Source: Candidatus Marinacidobacterales bacterium
Lineage (GTDB): Bacteria; Acidobacteriota; Vicinamibacteria; Marinacidobacterales; DATDRI01
NCBI GenBank assembly: GCA_965226495.1
Contig: OZ245365.1
Span: 2,016,001 to 2,080,000 of the forward strand
DNA: 64,000 nucleotides
Reading direction: 5' to 3'
The notes under the pieces were generated by a model. The model saw nothing but the letters and a program-made list of their open reading frames with translations. It was not told the DNA's origin and made no database searches. Position numbers and translations under genes: made by a program. Below, piece by piece: positions 1 through 12,827 of the stretch (position 1 is the stretch's first letter; each line of letters starts with the position of its first letter).

Positions 1-2
1 TG

Positions 3-335
3 CAAGAGTCGTTTTGGAAGCTGCGGGAGGCCGCCGATGAGACGCGGAGTCTCGCCCAGCGGCTCCTCACGGGAACGGTCGATCATCTTGGGGAGATTGA
101 TGAATTGATAGCCAAGCATGCCGAGCACTGGCGACTGCCTCGGATGGCGGCTGTGGACCGTAACATTTTGCGATTGGCGATCTATGAATTCCTCTATGAA
201 GAAGTGCCCAAGCCGGTCGTCATTAACGAGGCGCTCGAGGTGACGAAGAGGTTCTCCAGCCCCGATGCGGTGCAGTTCGTGAACGGTGTCTTGGATGCCG
301 TTCGCGCGAGCATCGAAGCTCCGGAGGCGAGTTAG
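3..335 (+). CDS. nusB: Transcription antitermination factor NusB (5' truncated by window edge)
   Basis: Frame is open from position 3; motifs [16 protein letters not shown] and [13 protein letters not shown]...FVNGVLD. Confidence 0.93.
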   Translation, partial: QESFWKLREAADETRSLAQRLLTGTVDHLGEIDELIAKHAEHWRLPRMAAVDRNILRLAIYEFLYEEVPKPVVINEALEVTKRFSSPDAVQFVNGVLDAVRASIEAPEAS

Positions 336-340
336 ACTCC

Positions 341-1840
341 GTGGCCGATCTCCCAATTCCTCCCGACCGGCGCGACAAGCTGGAGGCGTTGCGCCAACTC
401 GGGGTCGATGTCTATCCCACTCGCTACGACCGGACGCATTCCGTGACCCAGGCCGTGGAGGAGTTCTCTCCTCGCAGTACGGAGGAGCTCGAAGAGGCAG
501 CACCCCGGGTGCAGGTGGCCGGTCGCCTGGTCGCACTCCGCGGTCACGGGAAGACAGCGTTTGCGCATTTATCGGATGGAGCCTCTCGGCTTCAGGTGTA
601 CATCCGCAAGGATACGGTCGAGTCTCCTGGATTCGAGATCTTCAAGGAACTGGACCTGGGAGACTTTATCGGCGTAGCGGGGCCGATGTTCCGCACCCGC
701 ACCGGCGAGTTGACAGTCAAAGCCGAGCAGCTAACGTTTTTGGCGAAATCGCTCCTCCCGCTTCCAGAGAAGTGGCACGGCCTGGCGGATAAAGAGATAC
801 GGTACCGCCAGCGCTACCTGGACCTGGTGTCTAACGTCGACGTGCGAGAGGTCTTCGTCACTCGCAGCCGTGTGATTCGCGAGATGCGCTCGTTTTTCGA
901 TGCGCGAGGCTACATGGAGGTGGAGACGCCGATGCTGCAATCGATCGCCGGTGGTGCGGTGGCGAGGCCGTTCAAGACATTCCACAACACGTTGGGGATC
1001 GATCTCTACCTTCGCATCGCGCCCGAGCTCTACTTGAAGCGCTTGGTCGTGGGTGGACTGGAAAAGGTGTACGAGATCAACCGGAACTTTCGCAATGAAG
1101 GAATTTCGTACAAACACAACCCTGAGTTCACGATGTTGGAGTTTTACGAAGCCTACAGCGATTTTCGATCGATGATGGATCTTACCGAGGATCTCTTCGT
1201 TCAGCTGGCGCAGCAAGTTGCGGGCAGCGAAGAATTGGAATATCAGGGCCAGAAGATCAAGTTTACACCTCCCTATCCTCGGGTCACGATGCTCGACGCT
1301 ACGCGCGAAGCACTGTCACGAAAGGGTGTCGAGGCTTCCGAGACAGAGCTCCGCGACCCCAAGGCCCTGATGGCGATCTTCGAGCGACTCGACGTTGGGT
1401 TCGACCCCGCCGATCCCTGGGGAAAACTCTTGGCGAGTCTCTTCGAAGAAGTCGCGGAGTCCGAGCTAATTCAGCCTACTTTTATTTATGACCATCCGCT
1501 GGACGTCTCGCCGCTCTCCAAGAAGAAACCGGACGACCCGACATTGGTGGAACGATTCGAGCTCTTCGTGGCGGGAATGGAGTGCGCCAACGGGTTCAGT
1601 GAGCTCAACGATCCCGAAGATCAAAAAGAGAGATTTGAGATGCAGCTTAGCCAGAGAGAGCGTGGCGACCAGGAAGCTCACGTCATGGACGAAGACTACA
1701 TCCGAGCCTTGGCGCACGGGTTACCGCCAACTGGCGGGGAGGGTATCGGTGTGGATCGCTTGGTCATGATTCTTACCGATTGCCGTTCTATCCGTGACGT
1801 GATCTTGTTTCCCCACATGCGACCAGAAGCCACTTCATAA
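341..1840 (+). CDS. lysS: Lysine--tRNA ligase (class II)
   Basis: OB-fold N-terminus, [27 protein letters not shown]...[24 protein letters not shown]. Confidence 0.98.
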   Translation: MADLPIPPDRRDKLEALRQLGVDVYPTRYDRTHSVTQAVEEFSPRSTEELEEAAPRVQVAGRLVALRGHGKTAFAHLSDGASRLQVYIRKDTVESPGFEIFKELDLGDFIGVAGPMFRTRTGELTVKAEQLTFLAKSLLPLPEKWHGLADKEIRYRQRYLDLVSNVDVREVFVTRSRVIREMRSFFDARGYMEVETPMLQSIAGGAVARPFKTFHNTLGIDLYLRIAPELYLKRLVVGGLEKVYEINRNFRNEGISYKHNPEFTMLEFYEAYSDFRSMMDLTEDLFVQLAQQVAGSEELEYQGQKIKFTPPYPRVTMLDATREALSRKGVEASETELRDPKALMAIFERLDVGFDPADPWGKLLASLFEEVAESELIQPTFIYDHPLDVSPLSKKKPDDPTLVERFELFVAGMECANGFSELNDPEDQKERFEMQLSQRERGDQEAHVMDEDYIRALAHGLPPTGGEGIGVDRLVMILTDCRSIRDVILFPHMRPEATS

Positions 1841-1849
1841 CCTCCACCC

Positions 1850-3094
1850 ATGCCGTACGAGATCGTCATTTCGCTGCGCTACCTGCTGGCGAAGCGGAAG
1901 CAGGTCTTCATCTCCGTCATCTCGGCGATCTCCACACTCGGTGTCGTCGTGGGAGTCATGATCTTGCTCATCGCCATCGCTATCATGACAGGCTTCCAGG
2001 GTGAGCTCAGGTCTCGGATTCTGGGTGCAGCATCTCACCTTAGTATTTACAGCCTGGAGGGTCGCGCCATTCGGAACTACTCCGAGGTCACCGAAATCCT
2101 GGCGTTACTTCCCGGAATCGAGGGGGCCGCTCCGGTGATCTACGGGAAGGCCTTGGTCTCGAGCGGCACCGGTTCGGGGTTGGTCACCTTGAAAGGCGTG
2201 GATCCAATCCTAGAGGCGTCGGTCACGGAGTTCGCGGAGAAGATGGTGGCGGGAACGCTCGAAGGCCTCGCCGCACCACCCGAGGAACGTGATGGGTCTC
2301 CGCTCCCGGGCATGGTGATTGGTGAGGAATTGGCGATGACTCTGGGAGTCCTGGTGGGCGATACCGTAAACGTCACATCACCCGAAGGGCATCTCACTCC
2401 TTTCGGCATGCTCCCGCGCAGCCGCCGCTTTCGGATCGCGGGCATCTATCGCGTGGGACTCTATGACTTCGATAACGCGTGGGCGTTGGTGGAGCTCGAG
2501 GATGCGCAGAGGTTGCTCGGCTTCGCGGACGAAGCCATCTACGTGGAGACCCGGGTTGACGACATTTATGCCGTGAAGTCTCTCGGGGTCGAAGCTAGAG
2601 CGAAGCTGGGAACTGGCTACGGAAGCGTGGATTGGATGGAGATGAACCGCAGTCTGTTTTCTGCGCTCTGGCTCGAGAAGATGGTGACGACCATCTTTAT
2701 TAGCTTCATTGTCGGAGTCGCCGCTCTCAACATCGTCGCTAGCCAGATCATGATCGTAATGGAGAAGACGCGGGACATTGCGATCCTTCGATCGATGGGT
2801 GCCACCGCGCGGAGCATCATGACGATTTTCATGCTGCAGGGCTTGACTATCGGTGTGATCGGCACGTTAGTAGGGGCGGTGCTGGGAGTGAGCGTTTCAT
2901 GGGTACTCGACCATTACCAGGTGATTCACATTCCCGAGGATGTCTACCAGCTGACGTACGTTCCTTTCAAGCTGCTACCGATGGATTTCCTCCTGGTGGT
3001 ATTGGGTGCACCCCTGGTTTGTTTTCTGGCCACTCTCTATCCGGCCAGGCGGGCCTCACGGCTCAACCTCACGGAGGCGCTTCGCTATGAGTGA
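1850..3094 (+). CDS. lolE: Lipoprotein-releasing ABC transporter permease LolC/E
   Basis: RYL..KRK N-terminus, MEKTRDIAILRSMGA, YPARRAS..EALRYE C-terminus; followed by lolD. Confidence 0.9.
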   Translation: MPYEIVISLRYLLAKRKQVFISVISAISTLGVVVGVMILLIAIAIMTGFQGELRSRILGAASHLSIYSLEGRAIRNYSEVTEILALLPGIEGAAPVIYGKALVSSGTGSGLVTLKGVDPILEASVTEFAEKMVAGTLEGLAAPPEERDGSPLPGMVIGEELAMTLGVLVGDTVNVTSPEGHLTPFGMLPRSRRFRIAGIYRVGLYDFDNAWALVELEDAQRLLGFADEAIYVETRVDDIYAVKSLGVEARAKLGTGYGSVDWMEMNRSLFSALWLEKMVTTIFISFIVGVAALNIVASQIMIVMEKTRDIAILRSMGATARSIMTIFMLQGLTIGVIGTLVGAVLGVSVSWVLDHYQVIHIPEDVYQLTYVPFKLLPMDFLLVVLGAPLVCFLATLYPARRASRLNLTEALRYE

Positions 3095-3773
3095 AGTTCT
3101 TCTCGAGGCTCGAGGGCTTGTAAAAGGTTTTCTCTCCGGGGCGAGCTATCTCCCAGTTCTGCAGGAAGCGAACTTCACGGTTCAAAAAGGGGAGATGGTT
3201 GCCATCGTGGGCGCGTCCGGGGTTGGCAAGAGCACCTTGCTACACGTGCTCGGGACCTTGGACGAACCGGAACGAGGCTCGGTGTCGGTAGAAGGCGAGG
3301 ACGTTTTCGCTCTTAGCGAGCCGAAACGCACCGAGTTGCGCAATCGAACTATCGGATTCATCTTTCAGTTTCATCACTTGCTGCCCGAGTTCTCGGCCCT
3401 GGAGAACGTGATGATGCCGTTGCTGATAGGGCGGACACCGGCTGCCGTCGCCCGCGAGCGCGCCGCCCGACTATTGGAAGCTTTGGGGTTAGCCGATCGG
3501 GCGGAGCATCGACCTGGTCAGCTATCGGGTGGGGAGCAGCAGAGGGTGGCGGTGGCGCGCGCCTTGGTGGCTCAGCCACCTTTGGTCTTGGCAGACGAAC
3601 CGACCGGCAATCTGGACGCGAGAACCAGTGAAGAGCTGGTGGGCCTCCTGGTCAGGCTACATCAAGAACGGGGCCTGACGTCGGTCCTAGTCACGCACAG
3701 TCAACAAATTGCGTCGGTTTGCGATCGGGTCGTCTCTATGGAAGACGGTCGGCTGCGCGAGCACAAAGCTTGA
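3087..3773 (+). CDS. lolD: Lipoprotein-releasing ABC transporter ATPase LolD
   Basis: Walker A GASGVGKS, FIFQFHHLLPEF, LSGGEQQR, ADEPTGNLD; ATG at 3087 overlaps the permease end. Confidence 0.93.
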   Translation: MSEVLLEARGLVKGFLSGASYLPVLQEANFTVQKGEMVAIVGASGVGKSTLLHVLGTLDEPERGSVSVEGEDVFALSEPKRTELRNRTIGFIFQFHHLLPEFSALENVMMPLLIGRTPAAVARERAARLLEALGLADRAEHRPGQLSGGEQQRVAVARALVAQPPLVLADEPTGNLDARTSEELVGLLVRLHQERGLTSVLVTHSQQIASVCDRVVSMEDGRLREHKA

Positions 3774-3785
3774 AGAGACGTTGCT

Positions 3786-3892
3786 TTGACGCCGCCCGAC
3801 GCGCATGCTATTCTCCGTTCGACTCGAGCCGCGAGTGTGGGTCATGTGGAGGAACCACCACATATCCAGGATCTTACGGGCTGTGCTATAAT
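3786..3892 (+). promoter_or_regulatory. Two tandem sigma70-type promoters upstream of clpC
   Basis: TTGACG(3786)-17 bp-TATTCT(3809) with TG extension; second extended -10 TGcTATAAT at 3884-3892. Confidence 0.6.
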
Positions 3893-3918
3893 ACGCGTAC
3901 AATGGTCGGGTGGAGGAT

Positions 3919-6357
<2,439 letters not shown>

Positions 6358-6376
6358 ACACCTGACGGGTTCGCGT

Positions 6377-8785
6377 GTGCTGGCAACCCTCGTGGCCAGC
6401 CTGCTCCTTCCTGCGTTACTCTTCGCGCAGGGTGAAATCATCGAAGGAATAGAGATCGTAGGGAACCGCTCTGTCGACGCCGGTACCTACCTCTTCCACA
6501 TCAACTCCAAGGTCGGCGACTCCTACGACGAAGAGAAGGCGCTCGCCGATTTCCACCGCCTCTGGAATACCGGCTTCCTAGATGACCTCACGCTGGCAAC
6601 TCGTGACGGTGAGCAGGGTAAGATCTTGACGTTTTCGGTCGAGGAGCGCGAGCGCGTCCGCACTATCGAGTATCTAGGCTCAAAGTCCCTCAGCCAATCT
6701 GATATCGAGGAGAAGCTCAAGGAAGAGGATGCCCAGATCAAGATGGACTCTTTCTACGACCCTGCCCAGGTGGTGAGGGTAACGAAGATCATCCGACAGA
6801 TGTTGAACGACAAGGGACTTCCCAACGGCGAAGTCTCCAGCACCGTGACCAATGTAGAGGCCGGCGTGCAAGTTGCCTTCAACATTAACGATGAGCGCAA
6901 GCTCACCATTAAGAGCGTCAACTTCGTAGGAGCGGAAGAGTTCTCTCAATGGCAGCTCAAGTGGGGCATGAAGAAGACCAAGGAGAGTCACCTCCTGGCG
7001 TTTCTCCAAGGCGGCAGTCTGTTTACCGATGAGAAGTTTGCGGAGGACGTCGAAACGCTCCGGGAGCTATACCTCAATCAGGGTTTCGTCGATGTCAGCT
7101 TCGGTGAGCCCGAGGTAGTTTACGAAGACGGTAACTCCCGATTCATGTTCTGGAGTAAACCGAAGCGGTTCGTTACCCTCAACATCCCCGTCTCCGAGGG
7201 TAAGCAATATCGCGTGGGTGAGGTCAGCGTCGATGGGGCGACGGTGTTCCCCGAGACGTTCGTGAAGGCCTTCTTCAATCTGCAACCCGGTGAGGTCTAT
7301 AACGAGTCCACCATCGTCAAAGGGATGGAGAAATTGCGAGAGCTCTATGGCGCCCGGGGCTACGTTCAGTTCACCGGGTTTCCCGTCAAACGGCCTCAGA
7401 CGGGCTCGGATCTCGTCGATGTCACGATCAACTTGCAGGAAGACAAGCAATACTTCGTGAATCGCATCGAGTTCGAAGGCAACAGCAGCACCCGCGACAA
7501 AGTCGTCCGGCGCGAGGTCTGGCTGAACGAGCAGGATGTCATGAACATGGAACTGCTCAAGCTCTCCATACAACGGATTAACCAGCTCGGTTACTTTCTG
7601 CCTATCGAGGCGCCCCAGATCGAGCCGGTTCCGGGCGAAGAGAATAAGCTCAACGTCGTTCTTCCGGTGCAGGAACAAAACAGGAACCAATTCCAATTCG
7701 GTGGCGGCGTGTCGGGTTTGGAGGGTGCCTTCATCAACGTGTCCTTTTCCACCGCCAACTTTCTGGGTCGGGGAGAGACCGCTTCTTTCGCGGTTCAGAC
7801 CGGAAGCCGGACCCAGAATTTTCAGATTTCTCTCCAGGAGCCGTGGTTTCTCGATAAACCGATCACCGTGGGGTTCAGCGTTTTCAAGCGCCTAATCAAA
7901 TTGCCTCAGTTCACGCAAAGGGACACCGGTGCGAATTTCACCTGGGGGATGCCCCTAAAGCGGTTCTCCCGGTTCTTCGTGAACTACGGCTACACGGTCA
8001 TCGAGACGTCCGAGCCGGATACGGATCTGTTCGACAGCTTCTTCGGGGGGGGACTCGGTGGCTTGGGCCTCGGGGGCTTCGGGGGGGGCTTCGGGGGGCT
8101 CGGGTTTAATCCATTCTTTGGCGCCTTCGGCAGTTTCAATCAGAGCCGAGTCACGCCGACTTACGTCCTCAATACCGTTGACAACCCGATGTTTGCTTAC
8201 AAGGGGAAGCGGTATACAGCGAGCTTCGCATTTGCCGGAGGACCGCTGGGAGGAACGGTCAACTACTACAAGCCGACCTTCGAGGGTATTTGGTATCTCC
8301 CGGTTACCCGCAAGAGCAATTTCGGTTTCCGGGCCATGACCTCATGGCTGCAGGGTTTTGGGGAAGTGGAATCGGCTAACACCATCGACGGGATTCCAAT
8401 TTTCCAACGATTCTTCATGGGAGGCGAGAACCAGATCCGGGGGTACGACATCCGCTCGCTGGGGCCGCGACTCATCAGAGACGATGGGGTCACCGTTTTG
8501 GTCGGCGGGACCAAGATGATGCTGTTCAACATGGAGTACTATATTCCGCTGGCGGGACCGCTGCGGGCAGTGTTATTCTTTGATGCTGGCCAGACGTTTG
8601 CCAAGGAAGACCCGATAAGGTTGTCGATGTTCAATGAGATTGCTACATCAACCGGAGCCGAAATGCGTTTCCTGGTACCAATGCTCAACGTGCCTTTTCG
8701 GTTGATTTTCGCATACAATCCGAACTCGGAGCGGTTCTTCCAACCGTCCACCGCGTTCCGTTTCGGCATCGGCTCGACTTTCTGA
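6377..8785 (+). CDS. bamA: Outer membrane protein assembly factor BamA
   Basis: Signal peptide, POTRA repeats (GN..TRDKVVRRE), barrel IRGY motif, C-terminal Phe; start placed at GTG 6377. Confidence 0.93.
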   Translation: MLATLVASLLLPALLFAQGEIIEGIEIVGNRSVDAGTYLFHINSKVGDSYDEEKALADFHRLWNTGFLDDLTLATRDGEQGKILTFSVEERERVRTIEYLGSKSLSQSDIEEKLKEEDAQIKMDSFYDPAQVVRVTKIIRQMLNDKGLPNGEVSSTVTNVEAGVQVAFNINDERKLTIKSVNFVGAEEFSQWQLKWGMKKTKESHLLAFLQGGSLFTDEKFAEDVETLRELYLNQGFVDVSFGEPEVVYEDGNSRFMFWSKPKRFVTLNIPVSEGKQYRVGEVSVDGATVFPETFVKAFFNLQPGEVYNESTIVKGMEKLRELYGARGYVQFTGFPVKRPQTGSDLVDVTINLQEDKQYFVNRIEFEGNSSTRDKVVRREVWLNEQDVMNMELLKLSIQRINQLGYFLPIEAPQIEPVPGEENKLNVVLPVQEQNRNQFQFGGGVSGLEGAFINVSFSTANFLGRGETASFAVQTGSRTQNFQISLQEPWFLDKPITVGFSVFKRLIKLPQFTQRDTGANFTWGMPLKRFSRFFVNYGYTVIETSEPDTDLFDSFFGGGLGGLGLGGFGGGFGGLGFNPFFGAFGSFNQSRVTPTYVLNTVDNPMFAYKGKRYTASFAFAGGPLGGTVNYYKPTFEGIWYLPVTRKSNFGFRAMTSWLQGFGEVESANTIDGIPIFQRFFMGGENQIRGYDIRSLGPRLIRDDGVTVLVGGTKMMLFNMEYYIPLAGPLRAVLFFDAGQTFAKEDPIRLSMFNEIATSTGAEMRFLVPMLNVPFRLIFAYNPNSERFFQPSTAFRFGIGSTF

Positions 8786-8909
8786 TGCCGGCTCGCTTCC
8801 TCCTTGGCCGACATCCATATCGGTCGCCGGTGAGCCTAGCAAGACATTCTTAAGGAGCACGGAGTCATTTCGTATGGAGAATCAAATAGTCATGTCAAAA
8901 GGAGTAGCC

Positions 8910-9551
8910 ATGAAGTTCATTTCGTTCGCCCTAGGGGCCATCTTCGTTGCCGCCTTGCCTGCGTTGAGCGCGGGACAGGCTGGCGTCACGACCCAAGTGA
9001 AGATCGCCGTCATCGATATCGATCGGGTGGCGCAGGAATCGACCCCCGGTAAAGCACTTTTCGAGAAGCTCAGAGTCGAAAATGACAAGTTGGCTTCCGA
9101 GCGTCAACAACGGGAGGAGGAGATTCGCGACCTGCAGACCAAGGCCGCCTCGGATGTTCTTTCCCAGGATGCCCAGGCGCGGCTGGCACGCGAGATCGAG
9201 CGAAAGCGCACCGACGCACAGCGTTGGTTGGAGGACGCGCAGGGTGAGTTCCAGGAAAAGCAGAAGCAAGAGGAGGCCGCGTTCCAAGCCACGCTCGGTC
9301 CGATCGTGGAAGCGGTCGCTCGGGAGGCAGGGATCGGCCTCATCTTCCGTGTCACACCCGGACTCACCTTTGTTCTCGATCCAAACCTCGACCTGACCCC
9401 GATGGTCATACAGCGGTTGAACTCCGGGCCAGCTGCTGGTGCGGCGGCGCCCACCGGGGCGGGCGAAGGAGCGGAAACAGCAGCGCCCACCGAGGCGGGC
9501 GAAGGAGCGGAAACAGCAGCGCCCCCTCCGTCGGATCCTCAACAGAACTAG
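8910..9551 (+). CDS. skp: OmpH/Skp periplasmic chaperone
   Basis: Signal peptide, [10 protein letters not shown], coiled coil, DLTPMVI; follows bamA; AAGGAG SD before ATG 8910. Confidence 0.88.
   Translation: MKFISFALGAIFVAALPALSAGQAGVTTQVKIAVIDIDRVAQESTPGKALFEKLRVENDKLASERQQREEEIRDLQTKAASDVLSQDAQARLAREIERKRTDAQRWLEDAQGEFQEKQKQEEAAFQATLGPIVEAVAREAGIGLIFRVTPGLTFVLDPNLDLTPMVIQRLNSGPAAGAAAPTGAGEGAETAAPTEAGEGAETAAPPPSDPQQN
9447..9524 (+). repeat. 36-bp tandem repeat (2 copies plus a partial) in the skp 3' end
   Basis: gcgcccaccg(g/a)ggcgggcgaaggagcggaaacagca x2, encoding APT(G/E)AGEGAETA. Confidence 0.9.
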
Positions 9552-9573
9552 AGCTCACCAGGACTTCTACGTC

Positions 9574-10014
9574 GTGCCCGGGCTCGACATTCAGCAGATC
9601 ATGGAGCGGCTTCCGCACCGCTACCCTTTGCTCCTCGTGGATCGAGTGCTTGAGCTGGATCCCGGCCGTCGCATCGTGGCCCTCAAGAACGTCACCTTCA
9701 ACGAGGAGTTTTTCCAGGGGCACTTCCCGGGCCTCCCTTTGATGCCGGGCGTTCTCATTTTGGAGGCTATGGCCCAGGCGGGTGGGATCTTGGTCCTTCC
9801 CGAGGGCGGTAGTGCAGTGGGAAAAACCTTTTACCTTGTGGGTGTCGATAATGCCAAGTTTCGGCGTACCGTCGTTCCCGGAGATCAGCTCACCATCAAG
9901 GTGAGAGTTACCAAGGCGCGCGGTAACTTCCGTAAGTTATCGGGGCAGGTCGAGGTCGATGGTCAACTCGCCGCGGAGGCCGAGCTAACCCTTACCGGAG
10001 TGGATCCCGCATGA
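9574..10014 (+). CDS. fabZ: 3-hydroxyacyl-ACP dehydratase FabZ
   Basis: [34 protein letters not shown]; start approximate. Confidence 0.96.
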   Translation: MPGLDIQQIMERLPHRYPLLLVDRVLELDPGRRIVALKNVTFNEEFFQGHFPGLPLMPGVLILEAMAQAGGILVLPEGGSAVGKTFYLVGVDNAKFRRTVVPGDQLTIKVRVTKARGNFRKLSGQVEVDGQLAAEAELTLTGVDPA

Positions 10015-10826
10015 AAGCGGCGACCGTAGAGTGTCACCCCACGGCGATCGTGCATCCGGGCACTCGGATGGCGGATGGAGTTCGTGTCGGTGCGTACGCC
10101 GTGATTGGCGAGCACGTTACGATCGGCCGGGACACGGTGGTGGAAGTGAACTCGGTCGTCGATGGCTATACGACGATCGGGGAGCGCTGTCGGGTGTTCC
10201 CGTTTGCGTCGATCGGCTTGGAACCCCAGGACCTGAAGTTCCGAGGCGAAAAGTCCACCCTCGAGATAGGCAACGACAACGTATTCCGCGAGTTTGTGAC
10301 CATTCATCGTGGCACTGTCGGGGGAGGGGGCCGTACTGTTATTGGCGACTCCAACCTCTTCATGGCCTACACTCATATCGCCCACGATTGCATCGTTGGC
10401 GATTCCACCGTCTTTGCGAATGGCGCGACCCTGGCCGGCCATGTGCTGGTCGAGGATCACGCGACCATCGGGGCTTACAGCGGAGTCCATCAGTTCTGTC
10501 GCGTCGGTCCCTATGCCTTCGTAGGTGGCTATACGGTTGTGACTCAAGACGTATTGCCGTTTTCGCGAACGGTCGGCAATCGCGCTCGTCTGTACGGAAT
10601 CAATACCGTGGGTTTGGCGCGGCGTCAGTTCTCTCGAGAACGCATCTCTGGTCTCCGTCACGCATTTCGTATCCTGCAGCAGTCGAAGCTCAATGTCTCG
10701 CAGGCCGTCGCTCGCCTCGAAGCTGAATTGGCGAACGAGGATGTCCGCCTCCTGGTGGACTTCATTCGCTCCTCCAAAAGGGGTGTCGTGATCAAGCGTG
10801 GCCGAGAGCGAGGCGAACCGGTGTGA
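10011..10826 (+). CDS. lpxA: Acyl-ACP--UDP-N-acetylglucosamine O-acyltransferase LpxA
   Basis: Hexapeptide repeats, [30 protein letters not shown]. Confidence 0.96.
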   Translation: MKAATVECHPTAIVHPGTRMADGVRVGAYAVIGEHVTIGRDTVVEVNSVVDGYTTIGERCRVFPFASIGLEPQDLKFRGEKSTLEIGNDNVFREFVTIHRGTVGGGGRTVIGDSNLFMAYTHIAHDCIVGDSTVFANGATLAGHVLVEDHATIGAYSGVHQFCRVGPYAFVGGYTVVTQDVLPFSRTVGNRARLYGINTVGLARRQFSRERISGLRHAFRILQQSKLNVSQAVARLEAELANEDVRLLVDFIRSSKRGVVIKRGRERGEPV

Positions 10827-11668
10827 GCTCTTCCGAGCCAGCCGATAGCCTACCGATACCCCCTGACAGCACGCTCGGCCTCATCGCCGGCAATGGCGAG
10901 TTCCCGCTACTCGTTCTGGACGAAGCGCGTCGGCGCGGCGTCGAGGTCGTCGCGCTCGCCATCGAGGGGGAGACGGACTCCCGCATCGAGGACCGGGGAG
11001 CCACCGTGCATTGGATCGGCCTCGGGGAGGTCAGCCGGTGCATCAAGTTGTTCAAAAAGGCGGGAGTGACTCGGGCGATCATGGCCGGGCAGGTGAAGCA
11101 CAAGAAGATCTTCCGATCCCTTCGGCCCGATCCCGGGCTGCTTCGCGTTTTGTCGCGAATGAAGTCTCGAAACACCGATGCGATACTCGGTGCGGTGGCG
11201 GACGTGCTGGCAGAAGAAGGCATTCAGTTGCTGGACTCGACATCGCTGCTGCGTTCTTGGGTTGCGACGGAAGGAGTCTTGGGAAAGCGAAAGCCGAGCG
11301 CGGGAGAGAAGAAAGACATTGCGTTCGGTTTGCGAATGGCTCGTGAGATAGCGCGACTCGACGTCGGACAAACGGTGGTGGTCAGAGGCGGAGCCGTGGT
11401 TGCAGTGGAGGCGATGGAGGGAACCGACGAGACCATCCGGAGGGCGGGCGGCATCGTTTCCGGCGGCTTGACGGTGGCGAAGGTAGCTCGGCCCTCTCAG
11501 GACATGCGATTCGACGTGCCGGTGGTTGGTCCACGGACCATTGAAGTCATGGCCGATGTCGGCTGTGTGGTGTTGGCTTTGCAAGCCGAGAGGACTCTGC
11601 TGTTGGAGCGGGAAACACTAGTGGAGAAGGCCAACGATTCCAAGATCGTCGTCATTGGAGCGGTGTAG
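10823..11668 (+). CDS. lpxI: UDP-2,3-diacylglucosamine diphosphatase LpxI
   Basis: LGLIAGNGEFP, LDVGQTVVV, EAMEGTD, QDMRFDVPVVG; follows lpxA. Confidence 0.92.
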   Translation: MSSSEPADSLPIPPDSTLGLIAGNGEFPLLVLDEARRRGVEVVALAIEGETDSRIEDRGATVHWIGLGEVSRCIKLFKKAGVTRAIMAGQVKHKKIFRSLRPDPGLLRVLSRMKSRNTDAILGAVADVLAEEGIQLLDSTSLLRSWVATEGVLGKRKPSAGEKKDIAFGLRMAREIARLDVGQTVVVRGGAVVAVEAMEGTDETIRRAGGIVSGGLTVAKVARPSQDMRFDVPVVGPRTIEVMADVGCVVLALQAERTLLLERETLVEKANDSKIVVIGAV

Positions 11669-11674
11669 TCGCCA

Positions 11675-12640
11675 GTGAGTCGAAAAAGTGGCTCAGGCGG
11701 CGAGGGGCCGGTCCCGGTAGCGGTCGTCGGGGTTGGCGCTCTGGGGAGTCGTCACGCCCGCGTCTATTCCGATCTGCCTGGGGCCGAGCTCGTCGGTGTT
11801 GCGGATCTCGATCTCGATAGAGCCCGATCGGTTGCCGACAAGTACGGGGTGGCCGCCACGACGGATTACCGCGAGTTTCTTTCCCGAGTTAGAGCCGCAA
11901 GCGTCACCGTGCCCACCGTCGCCCACCGTGAAGTCGCGGTCGACCTCATGGAGGCGGGGGTAGACGTCTTGGTCGAAAAGCCGATGGCCGCGGCCTTGGA
12001 TGAGGCGGAAGAGATGATAGACACGGCTCGCGAGAACGAAAGAGTCCTCGGGGTGGGCCACACCGAGCGATACAACCCTGCGGTCGAGGCGCTTCTCGAT
12101 TACTGCAGAGATCCTCGCTTCATTGAGGTCCACCGCCTTGCATCTTTCAACCCGCGGAGCTTGGATATCGACGTCGTCTTGGACCTAATGATTCACGATC
12201 TCGACGTGGTCGGCTCGCTCGTTCGATCCGACATTCAACACGTCGAGGCGATTGGGGTGCCGGTCTTGACGGAAAGAGCGGATATCGCCAACGCCCGCCT
12301 CCGGTTCAAATCTGGCTGTGTCGCGAACTTGACCGCAAGCCGCATATCCCAGGAGAAAATGCGGAAGTTGCGGGTCTGGGAACGGGAGAGTTATGTGTCG
12401 CTGGACTACCTCGCTCAGGAAGCCTGGTCCTACCGGTTGGAGAGAAGTGAGGGGATGCCCCAAGTGGTGCGGCAGAAGCTACCGGCCGAGAACCAGGAGC
12501 CACTCAAGCGAGAATTGGAAGACTTTCTAGCGGCGGTCATCGTCCGCGGCACGCCCCGCGTTTCTGGCGAGGACGGGCTGAAAGCGCTTCGATTGGCGCA
12601 TCTTGTGATAGGGGCGATGGAGGAGAACGGTGGTGCCTAG
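11675..12640 (+). CDS. Gfo/Idh/MocA oxidoreductase (GnnA-like UDP-GlcNAc 3-dehydrogenase candidate)
   Basis: VGVGALG Rossmann motif, VLVEKP, GHTERYNP, DVVLDLMIHDLD; located in the lipid A cluster. Confidence 0.85.
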   Translation: MSRKSGSGGEGPVPVAVVGVGALGSRHARVYSDLPGAELVGVADLDLDRARSVADKYGVAATTDYREFLSRVRAASVTVPTVAHREVAVDLMEAGVDVLVEKPMAAALDEAEEMIDTARENERVLGVGHTERYNPAVEALLDYCRDPRFIEVHRLASFNPRSLDIDVVLDLMIHDLDVVGSLVRSDIQHVEAIGVPVLTERADIANARLRFKSGCVANLTASRISQEKMRKLRVWERESYVSLDYLAQEAWSYRLERSEGMPQVVRQKLPAENQEPLKRELEDFLAAVIVRGTPRVSGEDGLKALRLAHLVIGAMEENGGA

Positions 12641-12686
12641 ATCCTGGTGGCCGTCAAAATACCGAGTTGCCAGTATCGGGCTAGCC
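12641..12686. repeat. Dispersed intergenic motif copy A (others at 27786-27824, 27838-27876, 57025-57057)
   Basis: atcctggtggcc-N-aaaa.ac..agttgcca shared with 57025; agttgcc...atcgggctag shared with 27838. Confidence 0.6.
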
Positions 12687-12742
12687 ACACGGGCTTGCAG
12701 CCCGTGGACTAGGCGCCATAGTGTTCCGTTGCCACAATCGGT

Positions 12743-12771
12743 TTGGCCGGGCGCCTCCCGCTGGCTATAAT
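12743..12771 (+). promoter_or_regulatory. sigma70-type promoter
   Basis: TTGGCC-17 bp-TATAAT upstream of the TonB-like gene. Confidence 0.55.
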
Positions 12772-12827
12772 CCAAAAGACCCTCACATTCAGCAACTTCG
12801 AGCGACAGGGTCACGCGAGACACGCTA

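Noticed and set aside
3773-3918. CIRCE or CtsR operator before clpC
   Set aside because: No TTAGCACTC-N9-GAGTGCTAA and no GGTCAAA direct repeats
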